A stretch of 64,000 nucleotides of DNA from Deltaproteobacteria bacterium (GCA_013151235.1 JAADIO010000002.1:1-64000); one strand, 5' to 3'. Positions 28,228-37,677 are shown, counted from the stretch's first letter. The notes: generated from the letters alone by a model not told the origin. Translations and numbers: made by a program.

Positions 28228-28350
28228 CAAAAAAAGAGCAGCTTTTCTGGGGGGGCGGTAGTTCAGTTGGTTAGAATGCCGGCCTGTCACGCCGGAGGTC
28301 GCGAGTTCGAGTCTCGTCCGCCCCGCCAGAAAAGCTGCTCTTTTTTGTCC
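28225..28350. repeat. Inverted repeat enclosing tRNA-Asp
   Basis: GGACAAAAAAAGAGCAGCTTTTCTGG (28225-28250) versus CCAGAAAAGCTGCTCTTTTTTGTCC (28326-28350). Confidence 0.9.
28252..28328 (+). tRNA. tRNA-Asp(GUC)
   Basis: 77-nt cloverleaf; CCGGC-CTGTCAC-GCCGG; CCA. Confidence 0.96.
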
Positions 28351-28373
28351 AGGTGTCGGATGCCTTACTATAA

Positions 28374-30611
28374 TTATTGGAAATTAACCGGATCGACATC
28401 GACGGTCAGATCTATGCCGGAAGTCCCTTTGAGGCCGGTGAACCGCTTGATTCCTTCTCCCACAAGACGGTTCAAAGATCGGACGCTCTTCCCCTTGATC
28501 AGCAATTGAAACCGTTTTTTTCCCCGCAGTGTCGAGAGGGGTGCTTGGGCAGGCCCCAGGATCTCCATTCCCCGATGGTGCAGGGCGAGACTCCTTAGGA
28601 TCTTTCCAAGTTGTGTTGCGGCATGTTCCACTTTTTTCCCTGAGTTTGCGGACAGAACGAGATTGACCAACCGGGAATAGGGGGGATAGTTGAGAGCTTC
28701 CCGGAAGGAGATCTCCTCGTCATAGAAACGGGTATAGTCGTGTTCCACGGCGGCTTGGATCGAGTAGTGCTCCGGCGTATAGCTCTGCAGGTAGACCTTG
28801 CCCTTCGTCTTGCCCCGACCGGCCCGGCCGGCGACCTGTATCAGGGTCTGGAAGGTTCGTTCCCCGGCGCGGAAATCCGGGTGGTGCAGAGAGGCATCGG
28901 CATTCAGGACACCCACCGTGGTGATCCCCGGCAGATGATGTCCCTTGGTGACCATCTGGGTACCGATGAGAATATCTCCCTCCCGGGAACGGAATCGGTC
29001 CAGGATCTTCTGCGCGGCCCCCTTTCGGCGGGTGGTATCCCGGTCGAGGCGGAGAAGAACGGAATCATGAAAGGTCTTCTCCACCACTTCTTCAATCCGT
29101 TCCGTGCCGCATCCTTTGAGTTCGAGGGTCTCGGTCTTGCATTCGGGACAGGATTGAATAAGAGGGGTGGTGTAATCACAGTAGTGACAGGTGAGATGCC
29201 CTGCCCCGCGGTGGTAGGTGAGACTGACGCTGCAGTTCGGACAACGGTGGACATAGCCGCAGGTAGAACAGAGGAGGAAGGGGGAAAACCCCCGTCGATT
29301 CAGAAAGAGGAGAACCTGTTCTTTCTTCTGTAGCCCCTCTCGCAGGGCTTCGATCAGTTGCGGGGAGAGAGGATCCCCGTTTTTAACCTCCTTCATGTCG
29401 ATCAGGCGGATCTCCGGGAGTGGGCGTGCATCGATTCTCTGGTTCAGGGTCAGCAAGCGATATTTCCCCGACCGGGCATGGTGAAAGCTTTCCACCGAGG
29501 GGGTGGCGCTCCCCAGGATCACCGTCGCATGATTCTGCTTGCCCCGGACCACCGCCAGATCCCGGGCGTGATAGCGTGGCGTCTCCCCCTGCTTGTAGGT
29601 AGTGTCGTGTTCCTCGTCGACGACAATAATGCCGAGGTGGGAAAAGGGGGCGAAGACGGCCGAACGTGCGCCGATGGCGACGCCGGCCTCGCCCCGTCGG
29701 ATCCGCCGCCACTGGTCGACCCGTTCCCCTTCGGAAAGACCGCTGTGGAGTACGGAGACCTTGTCTGCAAAACGGGAGCGGAAGATCCGGACCAGTTGCG
29801 GAGTGAGTGCGATCTCCGGGACGATGACGATGGCCTCTTTTCCCCGGGCAAGGGTGGTTTCAATTGCCCGGAGATAGACTTCCGTTTTTCCACTTCCGGT
29901 GACCCCGTGGAGGAGAAAAGGTTGAAAAAGCCCCTCCTTAAGCGAGCCGTTGATCTGCCGGACGGCCTTTTCCTGTTCCTTCGTAAGTCTCGGAGGGGAG
30001 GACTGTTGGGGCTTCTCCCCGGCGAAGGGGTCCCGCAGAACCGTTCGTTCCTCTCTGCACAGGAACCCGTTTTTCACCAGACGTCGCAGAACATCGGGGC
30101 CGGTACCGGTCCGGGTCCGGAGAAAAGCCGAAGTATATTCTCCAGGGGATGCAAGAAATGCCTTCAGGACCCGAACCTGGGCCGGGGTTTTTCGCTCCAG
30201 TCGGGGCAGCTGCTTCCGGATCTCTCCGGCAGGGAGATTCATCCGGTAAACCCTTTCTCTTTTCTCCCGTACCGTGTCGATCCCGGCAGGAAGGACACAC
30301 CGGATCACGGTACCCCAGGGGGCCAGATAGTAGTCGGAAATCCAGCGGGTCAGACGAAGCATCTCTTCCGTCAGGAGGGGAGCTTCATCGAGAACATCGG
30401 AGATGTCCTTGAGTTTCGGAACAGAGCTTTCCGGAATCCGGGAAACGAGATAGCCGATGGTTTTCCGGCGTCCAAGGGAGATCCGTACCCGAATACCGGG
30501 GAGGGCGGATTTCCTCAGGGAAGAGGGAATAGTGTAGTGAAAGATCTTTCGCACGCCCGGCACCACCACCTTGGCAATGCCGGGTCGGATGTCTTCTCCC
30601 CGGGCTTTCAT
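28374..30611 (-). CDS. priA: Primosomal protein N' (replication restart helicase)
   Basis: LHGVTGSGKTEVY, VPEIALTPQ, VDEEHD, LNRRG, Cys-rich Zn region, GTQMV.KG, QVAGRAGR. Confidence 0.97.
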   Translation of the reverse strand: MKARGEDIRPGIAKVVVPGVRKIFHYTIPSSLRKSALPGIRVRISLGRRKTIGYLVSRIPESSVPKLKDISDVLDEAPLLTEEMLRLTRWISDYYLAPWGTVIRCVLPAGIDTVREKRERVYRMNLPAGEIRKQLPRLERKTPAQVRVLKAFLASPGEYTSAFLRTRTGTGPDVLRRLVKNGFLCREERTVLRDPFAGEKPQQSSPPRLTKEQEKAVRQINGSLKEGLFQPFLLHGVTGSGKTEVYLRAIETTLARGKEAIVIVPEIALTPQLVRIFRSRFADKVSVLHSGLSEGERVDQWRRIRRGEAGVAIGARSAVFAPFSHLGIIVVDEEHDTTYKQGETPRYHARDLAVVRGKQNHATVILGSATPSVESFHHARSGKYRLLTLNQRIDARPLPEIRLIDMKEVKNGDPLSPQLIEALREGLQKKEQVLLFLNRRGFSPFLLCSTCGYVHRCPNCSVSLTYHRGAGHLTCHYCDYTTPLIQSCPECKTETLELKGCGTERIEEVVEKTFHDSVLLRLDRDTTRRKGAAQKILDRFRSREGDILIGTQMVTKGHHLPGITTVGVLNADASLHHPDFRAGERTFQTLIQVAGRAGRGKTKGKVYLQSYTPEHYSIQAAVEHDYTRFYDEEISFREALNYPPYSRLVNLVLSANSGKKVEHAATQLGKILRSLALHHRGMEILGPAQAPLSTLRGKKRFQLLIKGKSVRSLNRLVGEGIKRFTGLKGTSGIDLTVDVDPVNFQ

Positions 30612-30753
30612 GGAAGAATTTTAACAGAGGGAATCTTTGAAAACAAGATACACTTTTTGCTTGCAAGGCCCGTTCTACTTTTGTACAATAGCCACCCAAA
30701 TCTGAACAATCCATCATTGAATCGTACCGCATAATTTTCCCTGTCAGGAAAAG

Positions 30754-31809
30754 ATGGTGTCGAAAAAAGAGTTTTATACTCTTGAAGAAGTTTGTTCTAC
30801 CCTGGGTTTGGAAAAAAGCCTCATCCAATTCATGGAACGGGAATTCGGCGGCTTTTTCGGTTTCTCCAAACTCTCTCCCTTCCCCTCACTTTACTCTCAA
30901 AAACAGGTGAAGATCTTTGGAAAAATCCACCGGCTCCTCAATCGTCCCGATCTCTCTATAGCGAAGATCAAGGCGGAGTTTCGGCAGCTCTGTCTGGAGC
31001 GGGGCAAAGGGGTCTTCGTGATCACCGTTGCCAGTGGAAAGGGAGGGGTTGGGAAAACCTCTCTTGCCGTTAACCTTTCGGTCATGCTGGCACATCGGGG
31101 GCTGCGGACGGTTCTCTTTGATGCCGACTTCGGACTGGCGAACGATCATGTCTTCCTCGGTCTTAACCCGCAAAAAACCTTGATCGATCTTCTGAAGGGA
31201 ACGGCACCGGTGGAAGAAATCCTTGCCGAAGGCCCCTTCGGCCTGAAACTGATTCCGGGGGCTTCGGGGGTCTTTCAATTAGCGGAGATGAATCAGGATC
31301 AACGGGACCTTTTAGTGGACGAGATGATCCGCCTTCGTAAGATGACCGATGTTCTGGTCATCGATACTTCCGCCGGCATCTCCCGGAATGTCCTCCATTT
31401 TCTCGGACTGGCCGATGAGGTGTTGGCTGTCACGACACCCAATATTGCGGCGACCCTAGATGTATTCGGCCTGCTCCGGGTAGCCGCCGGACAAAACGTC
31501 CCGGGAAATCTGAATCTTCTCGTCAACCGGGCACACAGTCGGAGAGAAGCGGAGCAGGTCCACGAAAAGATTGCCCGCTGTTCGGATCAGTTCCTCGGGA
31601 AGAAAGTGGGGGCTCTCGGCTTTATCCTGGAGGACCCCGCCATGGAGAATGCGATTCAGCGCCGGAGATCTCTTGCAGAATGGTCTCCTCTGGCGCCTTC
31701 CATCGTCTGCCTGGAGAAGGTTGTACAAAAATTGGTGCGGAAAAAAAAGCAGTGGAAGGGGGGGAGCAAATCAAAATTTTACGATCTTTTCTACCCATTG
31801 GCGGTGTAG
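30754..31809 (+). CDS. MinD/FlhG(FleN)-family ATPase with N-terminal MerR-like HTH
   Basis: N-terminal FYTLEEV...LGL...I.F.E.EF...YS..QV.....I..LL; then ASGKGGVGKT, DADFGLAN, IDTSAGIS, VTTP, VNR. Confidence 0.85.
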   Translation: MVSKKEFYTLEEVCSTLGLEKSLIQFMEREFGGFFGFSKLSPFPSLYSQKQVKIFGKIHRLLNRPDLSIAKIKAEFRQLCLERGKGVFVITVASGKGGVGKTSLAVNLSVMLAHRGLRTVLFDADFGLANDHVFLGLNPQKTLIDLLKGTAPVEEILAEGPFGLKLIPGASGVFQLAEMNQDQRDLLVDEMIRLRKMTDVLVIDTSAGISRNVLHFLGLADEVLAVTTPNIAATLDVFGLLRVAAGQNVPGNLNLLVNRAHSRREAEQVHEKIARCSDQFLGKKVGALGFILEDPAMENAIQRRRSLAEWSPLAPSIVCLEKVVQKLVRKKKQWKGGSKSKFYDLFYPLAV

Positions 31810-31905
31810 AAGGGTCATGTGGGGAGTCTGGACCGGCGTCAACGCTTTCGGCCCCGGCAAGACCTCTTTCCGGAGAGTTGCAACACACACAAAGGAGGAC
31901 AAGAC

Positions 31906-32856
31906 ATGTCGGAGTTTTTCAATGCACTGAACGAGGTCTCGGTGGCACCGGATCCCGATGAGGGTGTGACGGCGGATCTTACGGAACTGATCTCTGCCGA
32001 TCCAATTGTCCTGGATCGGGCGGAGGAGGGGAGCTGGAACCGCGCCCCGATGAATCAGATGAACTTTTTCGGGTTGATATCCCACCCGTTCAGTGATGCC
32101 GTAAATCCCGACTTCTTTTACAGCAGTCGAGGCCACGAAAGAGCACTGAGGAAAATGGCCATGACGGTTGAAGACAATATTTCATTGGGGCTGGTCCACG
32201 GAAAGAGCGGGACGGGAAAATCTCTCCTCTCCGTAATGCTCCTCAAACACCTCGATCCGGAAAAGTACCGTTCCGCCCTGGTACTCGTTTCACCCGGAAT
32301 GACGAAAACATCCCTATTGAAAGAGATCCTGAGGGAGTTGGGAGAATACAATGAAAAGCTCCCCTCGAAGACCCAGGATCTCCTCGACCTGCTTCATGAA
32401 CAGATCATTGATCTCTACAGTCACCAGCGGAGGCTGGTCATTCTCATTGACGAGGCACATTTCCTCAGTTCCGGGGCACTCCACCTGTTGCGGACAATCA
32501 GTAATCTGGAGACACCACAACAGAAGCTTACCACCTGCCTTCTCTTCTCAGAGGACCTTTTTCTTCGGCGTCTTTCCCATCCATCCTACCAATCCCTCCG
32601 GAACCGGATGTATATGAAAGTGCGTCTCTCCGGTATGGAAGCGGACGAGACAACCCAGTACATCAAATATCGCCTTCTTGCCGCCGGCTGCAAGGAACCG
32701 ATGTTTGATGAAGCGGTCTATGCCGAAATACAGAAGGCGACCGATGGTGTGGCTCGGGACATCAGCAGGGTCTGTCATAACTGCCTGGCGGAAGGCTTCC
32801 TGCAAAAGAAGAAAACCGTTGATGTGGAGCTTCTCCGGAATGTCCTTGACGAATGA
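31906..32856 (+). CDS. ExeA/GspA-family AAA ATPase
   Basis: AAGGAGG RBS; FFGL..HPFS, GKSGTGKS, ILIDEAH, YI.YRL..AG, T.GVARDI...C. Confidence 0.88.
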   Translation: MSEFFNALNEVSVAPDPDEGVTADLTELISADPIVLDRAEEGSWNRAPMNQMNFFGLISHPFSDAVNPDFFYSSRGHERALRKMAMTVEDNISLGLVHGKSGTGKSLLSVMLLKHLDPEKYRSALVLVSPGMTKTSLLKEILRELGEYNEKLPSKTQDLLDLLHEQIIDLYSHQRRLVILIDEAHFLSSGALHLLRTISNLETPQQKLTTCLLFSEDLFLRRLSHPSYQSLRNRMYMKVRLSGMEADETTQYIKYRLLAAGCKEPMFDEAVYAEIQKATDGVARDISRVCHNCLAEGFLQKKKTVDVELLRNVLDE

Positions 32857-33332
32857 CGGACGGCATTCCGTCCGGAGGAACTGGAAGAAGACCGACCTCC
32901 GGCAGGGGAAGCTCAACCCACAGGAAATGCAGACAAAGAGGTCCCGGGGAAAGGGGGTGACCCCGGATTTCCAGGAAGATCCGGAAGCACTTCTTTTGAT
33001 CCCTCCTGAGAAATAACGTTATTGCAATCCACGAGGCTCCGATTCGTCCATGGGGTGAGCTGTCCGTATGCGGGCACGTACAGGCGGCCCCTCTCGGCAT
33101 GCTATGCCACAGCATTGACGACACGGGACCACGCACATTATCGGGATGGCAAGCGTGTTTGCAAAGCATCCCCTTGTCGGTGCCCCTGCTCTCTGTTCTT
33201 TCTTCCAAGCCTTCCTATATCTCTTTTACTTTTCTGTAGCATTTTACGACCTCCGTCATCATTACCGTAACAAGAATGCCCCAGAGAAGCAGGGAACCGT
33301 GTATCTCCATGTTTTATATTCTTCTTATATTC

Positions 33333-33488
33333 TATGACCTTATAAAAAGTCACAAACCGCCTTTTTATAAGACCGGGGAGGAGAATCCTCTCCCGCCATT
33401 TTAAGTAAATTCAAATGGTTCCGCCCCCACCCCAGGCCGGGGCTTACCCACCCTCGGCTTGTTAATGACTTCTTGCGAAGCCATCATA
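33333..33488. repeat. Degenerate MITE with termini related to the 2918-3043 element
   Basis: TATGACCTTATAAAAAGTCA ... TGACTTCTTGCGAAGCCATCATA imperfect terminal inverted repeats. Confidence 0.55.
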
Positions 33489-33517
33489 TTTCAACTTGTT
33501 AAAATATTTCATCCGCA

Positions 33518-33534
33518 TTGGCACAATATTTGCT
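33518..33534 (+). promoter_or_regulatory. Sigma-54 promoter
   Basis: TTGGCACAATATTTGCT, near-consensus -24/-12. Confidence 0.8.
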
Positions 33535-33651
33535 GTTTTCAATTTATGGTGTTGTGCGGATGGACGGACCACGAATTCTAATTCCTTTCGGATATCCTTC
33601 GTACGGGATCCTTCAGGTCGGCGAAAGAGAATGAACCGGGAAGAGATGTAC

Positions 33652-35043
33652 ATGGAAGCCAAAATTCTTGTCATCGACAATGACCCCTCCATGTGTGAGA
33701 TGTTGCACAAATTTCTGACGGAAGCGGGATATCGGGTCCGGTGGACGAGAAATGCAAATGCGGGATTAGCCCTCATGGTTGAGGAATCGTTTCAACTCGT
33801 TATTACCGATTTATGTATGCCGGAGAACGACGGCATGAAGGTCTTGCGTTCCATCCGGGAGAAGGAGCCCGGACTTCCGGTGGTTCTGCTCACCACCCAT
33901 GCCACAATGAATACCGCTGTAGAGGCGATCAAGATCGGGGCCTATGACTATCTGACGAAGCCCTTCAACCCGGACGCCGCTGAGATCACCATTAAAAATG
34001 CTCTGACCCACAAACGTCTGGTCGATGAAAACAGGAAGTTGAAACAGCGGCTCCGCCATGTGAAGGAAGATACCCGAATCATCGGGGTCTCTTCACCAAT
34101 GAAGGAGGTTTTGCGTCTTGTGGAAAAGGTAGCCCCCACCGATGCCACCGTGCTGATCCAGGGTGAGAGTGGAACGGGCAAGGGACTCATCGCCCGCAGG
34201 CTGCACCGAATGAGTCACCGGGCCGGAAAGACCTTCCTGTCCATCAATTGCAACATCTCTACCGGGATGTTGCCGAAACTCTTCGGGGATGAAAACAGTG
34301 CCTTCTCCGGGACGCTCACCACCGGAGAGAGGCTCTTCAATGCGGCGGCTGGAGGGACCCTTTTTTTTGACGAAATCGGAGATATGCCTCCGGTCATGCA
34401 GGGGAAACTGCTCCGTGCCTTGCAAAATCATGAGATGTTACCCCAGGCAGAAAGGAGATCTTTCCCCGGAAATGTCCGCATCCTGTCGTCGACCCGTAAG
34501 GACTTGAAGAGAGAGGTTGAGGCGGGACGGTTTCGGAAGGACCTGTTCTACCGGATTAATCTTTTCACCATTTCTCTGCCGTCATTGCGGGACCGGACCG
34601 ATGATATCCCTCCTCTGGTGAATCATTTTCTCCGGAAATACAACCGGGAATTCGGAAAGCATGTGGAGGCGGTCTCGCCCCGGTTGATGCACTTTTTCCT
34701 GCAACACTCCTGGCCCGGAAATGTGCAGGAATTAGAGAACTATATAGAACGGGCGCTTCTAAGAACCGAGGGGAACGAATTGAAGCTCACTTCTGTGCCC
34801 GGGGAGTTTCGCCAACAATTGGAAGACGCTCAGGCAGGCAAGGCGGAGAGCATGCTGATCTTCAAAGAGGCCAAGGAGCGATTCGAACGGGATTATATTC
34901 TCACCATGCTGAAACGGCACAACGGCGTGATCTCCCGGGCAGCCCGGGAAGCAAAGATCCCCCGCCCGAACTTTTATGAGAAGCTGAAGAAATATGGAAT
35001 TTCGCCGAGAAAGAATCCAATGATCAACAGTCATGCCGGCTGA
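33652..35043 (+). CDS. NtrC-family response regulator (REC-AAA+-Fis HTH) with degenerate GAFTGA loop
   Basis: [57 protein letters not shown] in place of GAFTGA; start uncertain (33631/33646/33652). Confidence 0.88.
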   Translation: MEAKILVIDNDPSMCEMLHKFLTEAGYRVRWTRNANAGLALMVEESFQLVITDLCMPENDGMKVLRSIREKEPGLPVVLLTTHATMNTAVEAIKIGAYDYLTKPFNPDAAEITIKNALTHKRLVDENRKLKQRLRHVKEDTRIIGVSSPMKEVLRLVEKVAPTDATVLIQGESGTGKGLIARRLHRMSHRAGKTFLSINCNISTGMLPKLFGDENSAFSGTLTTGERLFNAAAGGTLFFDEIGDMPPVMQGKLLRALQNHEMLPQAERRSFPGNVRILSSTRKDLKREVEAGRFRKDLFYRINLFTISLPSLRDRTDDIPPLVNHFLRKYNREFGKHVEAVSPRLMHFFLQHSWPGNVQELENYIERALLRTEGNELKLTSVPGEFRQQLEDAQAGKAESMLIFKEAKERFERDYILTMLKRHNGVISRAAREAKIPRPNFYEKLKKYGISPRKNPMINSHAG

Positions 35044-35255
35044 CTTGTCAACCTGCGTAGTGATCCCACCAATATTAATCAACGACCCCATCGCAAGTGA
35101 ATGAGGTATCAATTTCTCTGTTCGGCACAAGCCTCGCAGCAAGCTGCGGAGAGTCAGGCCCGAAACGCGAAAATCTGTTGAAAATACAGGGTTCCTCATA
35201 TATCATAAAAGAATCAAGCTTACAGGATAACGGTCATCAATTTCAAGGGGACTTC

Positions 35256-35735
35256 ATGAAGACCCGGAAAAGCAGAGAGAAAGTCAAGGAAGCGGATCCT
35301 CTTCTTCAGATGGTCAGTTTTCATTTGGGGAACGAGAACTTTCTGGTCGATATTCTCCGAATCCAGGAGATTATTCGAAGGATTGAGATCTCACGGATGC
35401 CCAAAGCACCGGAGTATATCGAGGGGGTTATCAATCTGCGGGGAACCGTGATCCCGGTGCTGGATCTTCGGAAACGTTTCGGGATCCTCCTCCCGGAGAA
35501 GAACGCGGAGGAGCGGATCATTGTAATCAAAACCGAAGGAAAGCCGATGGGGATGATCGTCGATTCCGTGGCGGATGTCCTGCGGATACCGAAAGAAACC
35601 ATCGACCCGGCTCCGACCGTTGACTCCGCCGTGGATGCCCAGTATATTTCGGGCGTGGCAAAGGTCAAGAAAAAACTCCTTTTCCTCCTCAACCTGGAGC
35701 CATTGCTCCGCCTCTCGGAGCAAAACATGCCTTGA
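35256..35735 (+). CDS. cheW: Chemotaxis coupling protein CheW
   Basis: QMVSFHLGNE.F.VDI..IQEI, GVINLRG.VIPVLDLR.RF, GMIVDSV.DV. Confidence 0.92.
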   Translation: MKTRKSREKVKEADPLLQMVSFHLGNENFLVDILRIQEIIRRIEISRMPKAPEYIEGVINLRGTVIPVLDLRKRFGILLPEKNAEERIIVIKTEGKPMGMIVDSVADVLRIPKETIDPAPTVDSAVDAQYISGVAKVKKKLLFLLNLEPLLRLSEQNMP

Positions 35736-35778
35736 CAAGACCCGCTTGGTCGTCACAATATTTGCGAACAGGACCCGC

Positions 35779-37677
35779 TCAGATCCGGTCAAGGAGATCC
35801 TGATTCACCTTCACGGTTGTCCCCTTGCGGATCTGGTTGACCCAGGCCGCCAACAGGTTTTTCTTCTTCTCTTCCCGCAAAGATTTTTTAATCTCTTCTT
35901 TAGCCCCGGCATAGGCGGATTCGTCGGCGGGGATCTTTTTCCGAAGAAAGAGGACATACTCCCCTTGCTTCGTCTCTATCCGGTCGGCAGGGTGATCCGC
36001 CGTCAGGGCAAACGCTGCCTTCGTAAAATCGGGGGAGACGGGTGACTCCGTACGGGTAAACGGAGCCGTCGTCTTCGTTTCCACGGCCTTCGCCTGCTTC
36101 GCCGCTTCGACAAAGGGGTGTTTCCCCTTGAGAGCCTTCACCATTTCCACCGCCGCTTTCCGGACATTCTCTCGTCCCATTTCCACGGCGACCGCCGCAT
36201 TCACCTTCGCCCGGACCTCTTTTAAGGCCGGAATGCGGGGCGGACGACGCTTGAGTACCTGCAGCAGGAGAAAACCCTGATCACCCCGTACTCTTCCGAC
36301 GCCGTTGTCCCCGGCGGCAAAGGCCTCCTCATTAAACGCTCGGGCCAGATCCGTGGGAATCCCCGCAATCCGGTTGTCTGCACGTGAAAAATACCCCGTT
36401 TCCCGAAGGGAGTATCCCGCCTCTTCGATGGCACCCCGGAAATCTTTCCCCTTCCGGATCTCGGCGTAGAGATGCATGGCCTTCTTCCTGGCGTGATGAA
36501 GGGCTTCTATGAATTTTAATTTCGCTTCGATCCGGGGACGAACCTCTTCGAAGGATTTTGCAATCGCCGCCTTGTGATCTTCCATTTTGATGATATGGAA
36601 CCCGAACTTCGACTGAACAATCCCGCTGGTCTCTCCCGGCTGCAGAGCAAAGGCGGCCTTTTCAAAGGCCTTGACCATCTGTCCCTTTGCAAAATATCCA
36701 AGATCTCCACCTCGGGAAGCACTCGAATCCTGCGAATACTTCCGGGCCAGCTCGGTAAAATCCTGTCCGGCCTTTACCTGTTTCAATATTCCCTCGATTT
36801 TTTCACGCGCCTTCTGCAAGGCTTCCCCGTCGGCATTCCGGGGAACCCGAATCAGAATATGACGGACACGGATTTTCTCCGGCTGGACATAATCTTCCTT
36901 GTTTTCCTTGTAATACCGCTTTGCCGCCCCTTCCGGGAGAGTGACTTCCCGGAAAAAATCCTGCGGTGTCAGGTAAGCATAGAGAACATTGATCTCCTCC
37001 TTCGTCCGGAAATCCTCCTGATGCTTCTCGTAATAGGCCTGCGCCGCGGCTTTCCTGATCCGCCCCTTCGGCCGATGGTCATCGGCACGAAGGAGGGCAT
37101 ATTCAATCACCACCTTTTCATTTTGTCTTACATAGGCCTGATGAATCTCCTTTTCCGAAACCTTTACGGTATCCCCGATAAGATCCTCAAGTTTCTGCAC
37201 CTGCAACGCAGCCCGTTGACGGTTTTCAAAAATAGTGGGGGTCATCTTGAAATACTGGGAGAGGGCGGTCCGGTAGGCCCGCTTGCTGAAGGTTCCGTTT
37301 TCCTGAAAATAGGGGAGTGTCTCGATCGATCTCGCCAGCTCTTCATTGGGGATCTCAATCCCCATCCGCTGCGCCTCCTGTTGGAGAAGCCGCTGACGGA
37401 TCAGGCCCTCCAGGGTCCTCTCCTTGAGGTTGAGCTTTTTCACCAGTTCGGCAGGGAGATCCTGAAACCGATCCTGCATACGCTGCAGTGCACGCTCATA
37501 TTCCACGGCGGAGATCTTCTCACCGGCAACGTGGGCCACCCAGTTTTTTTCTCCCCGCTTGCCGCTCCCCCGACGGGCACTGCCAACCCCCCAGGCGTAA
37601 AAGATCGTCGCCAGAAAGGCACCGATAATGAACCACATCACTACCGACTTAATTTTATTACGCATCAGATAGAGCAT
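35779..37677 (-). CDS. ppiD: PpiD/SurA-like periplasmic chaperone with parvulin PPIase domain
   Basis: N-terminal TM anchor, SurA_N-like region, VRHILI, F.ELARKYSQD.SA..GGDLG.F, FGFHIIK. Confidence 0.85.
   Translation of the reverse strand: MLYLMRNKIKSVVMWFIIGAFLATIFYAWGVGSARRGSGKRGEKNWVAHVAGEKISAVEYERALQRMQDRFQDLPAELVKKLNLKERTLEGLIRQRLLQQEAQRMGIEIPNEELARSIETLPYFQENGTFSKRAYRTALSQYFKMTPTIFENRQRAALQVQKLEDLIGDTVKVSEKEIHQAYVRQNEKVVIEYALLRADDHRPKGRIRKAAAQAYYEKHQEDFRTKEEINVLYAYLTPQDFFREVTLPEGAAKRYYKENKEDYVQPEKIRVRHILIRVPRNADGEALQKAREKIEGILKQVKAGQDFTELARKYSQDSSASRGGDLGYFAKGQMVKAFEKAAFALQPGETSGIVQSKFGFHIIKMEDHKAAIAKSFEEVRPRIEAKLKFIEALHHARKKAMHLYAEIRKGKDFRGAIEEAGYSLRETGYFSRADNRIAGIPTDLARAFNEEAFAAGDNGVGRVRGDQGFLLLQVLKRRPPRIPALKEVRAKVNAAVAVEMGRENVRKAAVEMVKALKGKHPFVEAAKQAKAVETKTTAPFTRTESPVSPDFTKAAFALTADHPADRIETKQGEYVLFLRKKIPADESAYAGAKEEIKKSLREEKKKNLLAAWVNQIRKGTTVKVNQDLLDRI

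Noticed and set aside
27882-28328. CRISPR-like repeat array
   Set aside because: The repeats are tRNA-derived, only two of each, irregularly spaced, and there are no cas genes
27673-28350. tRNA duplications as attL/attR of an intact prophage or genomic island
   Set aside because: No integrase or cargo; the copies are adjacent 5' halves separated by under 200 bp
35122-35138. Sigma-54-like site CGGCACAAGCCTCGCA upstream of cheW
   Set aside because: GG-N10-GC spacing fits but both conserved flanks deviate; too weak to call
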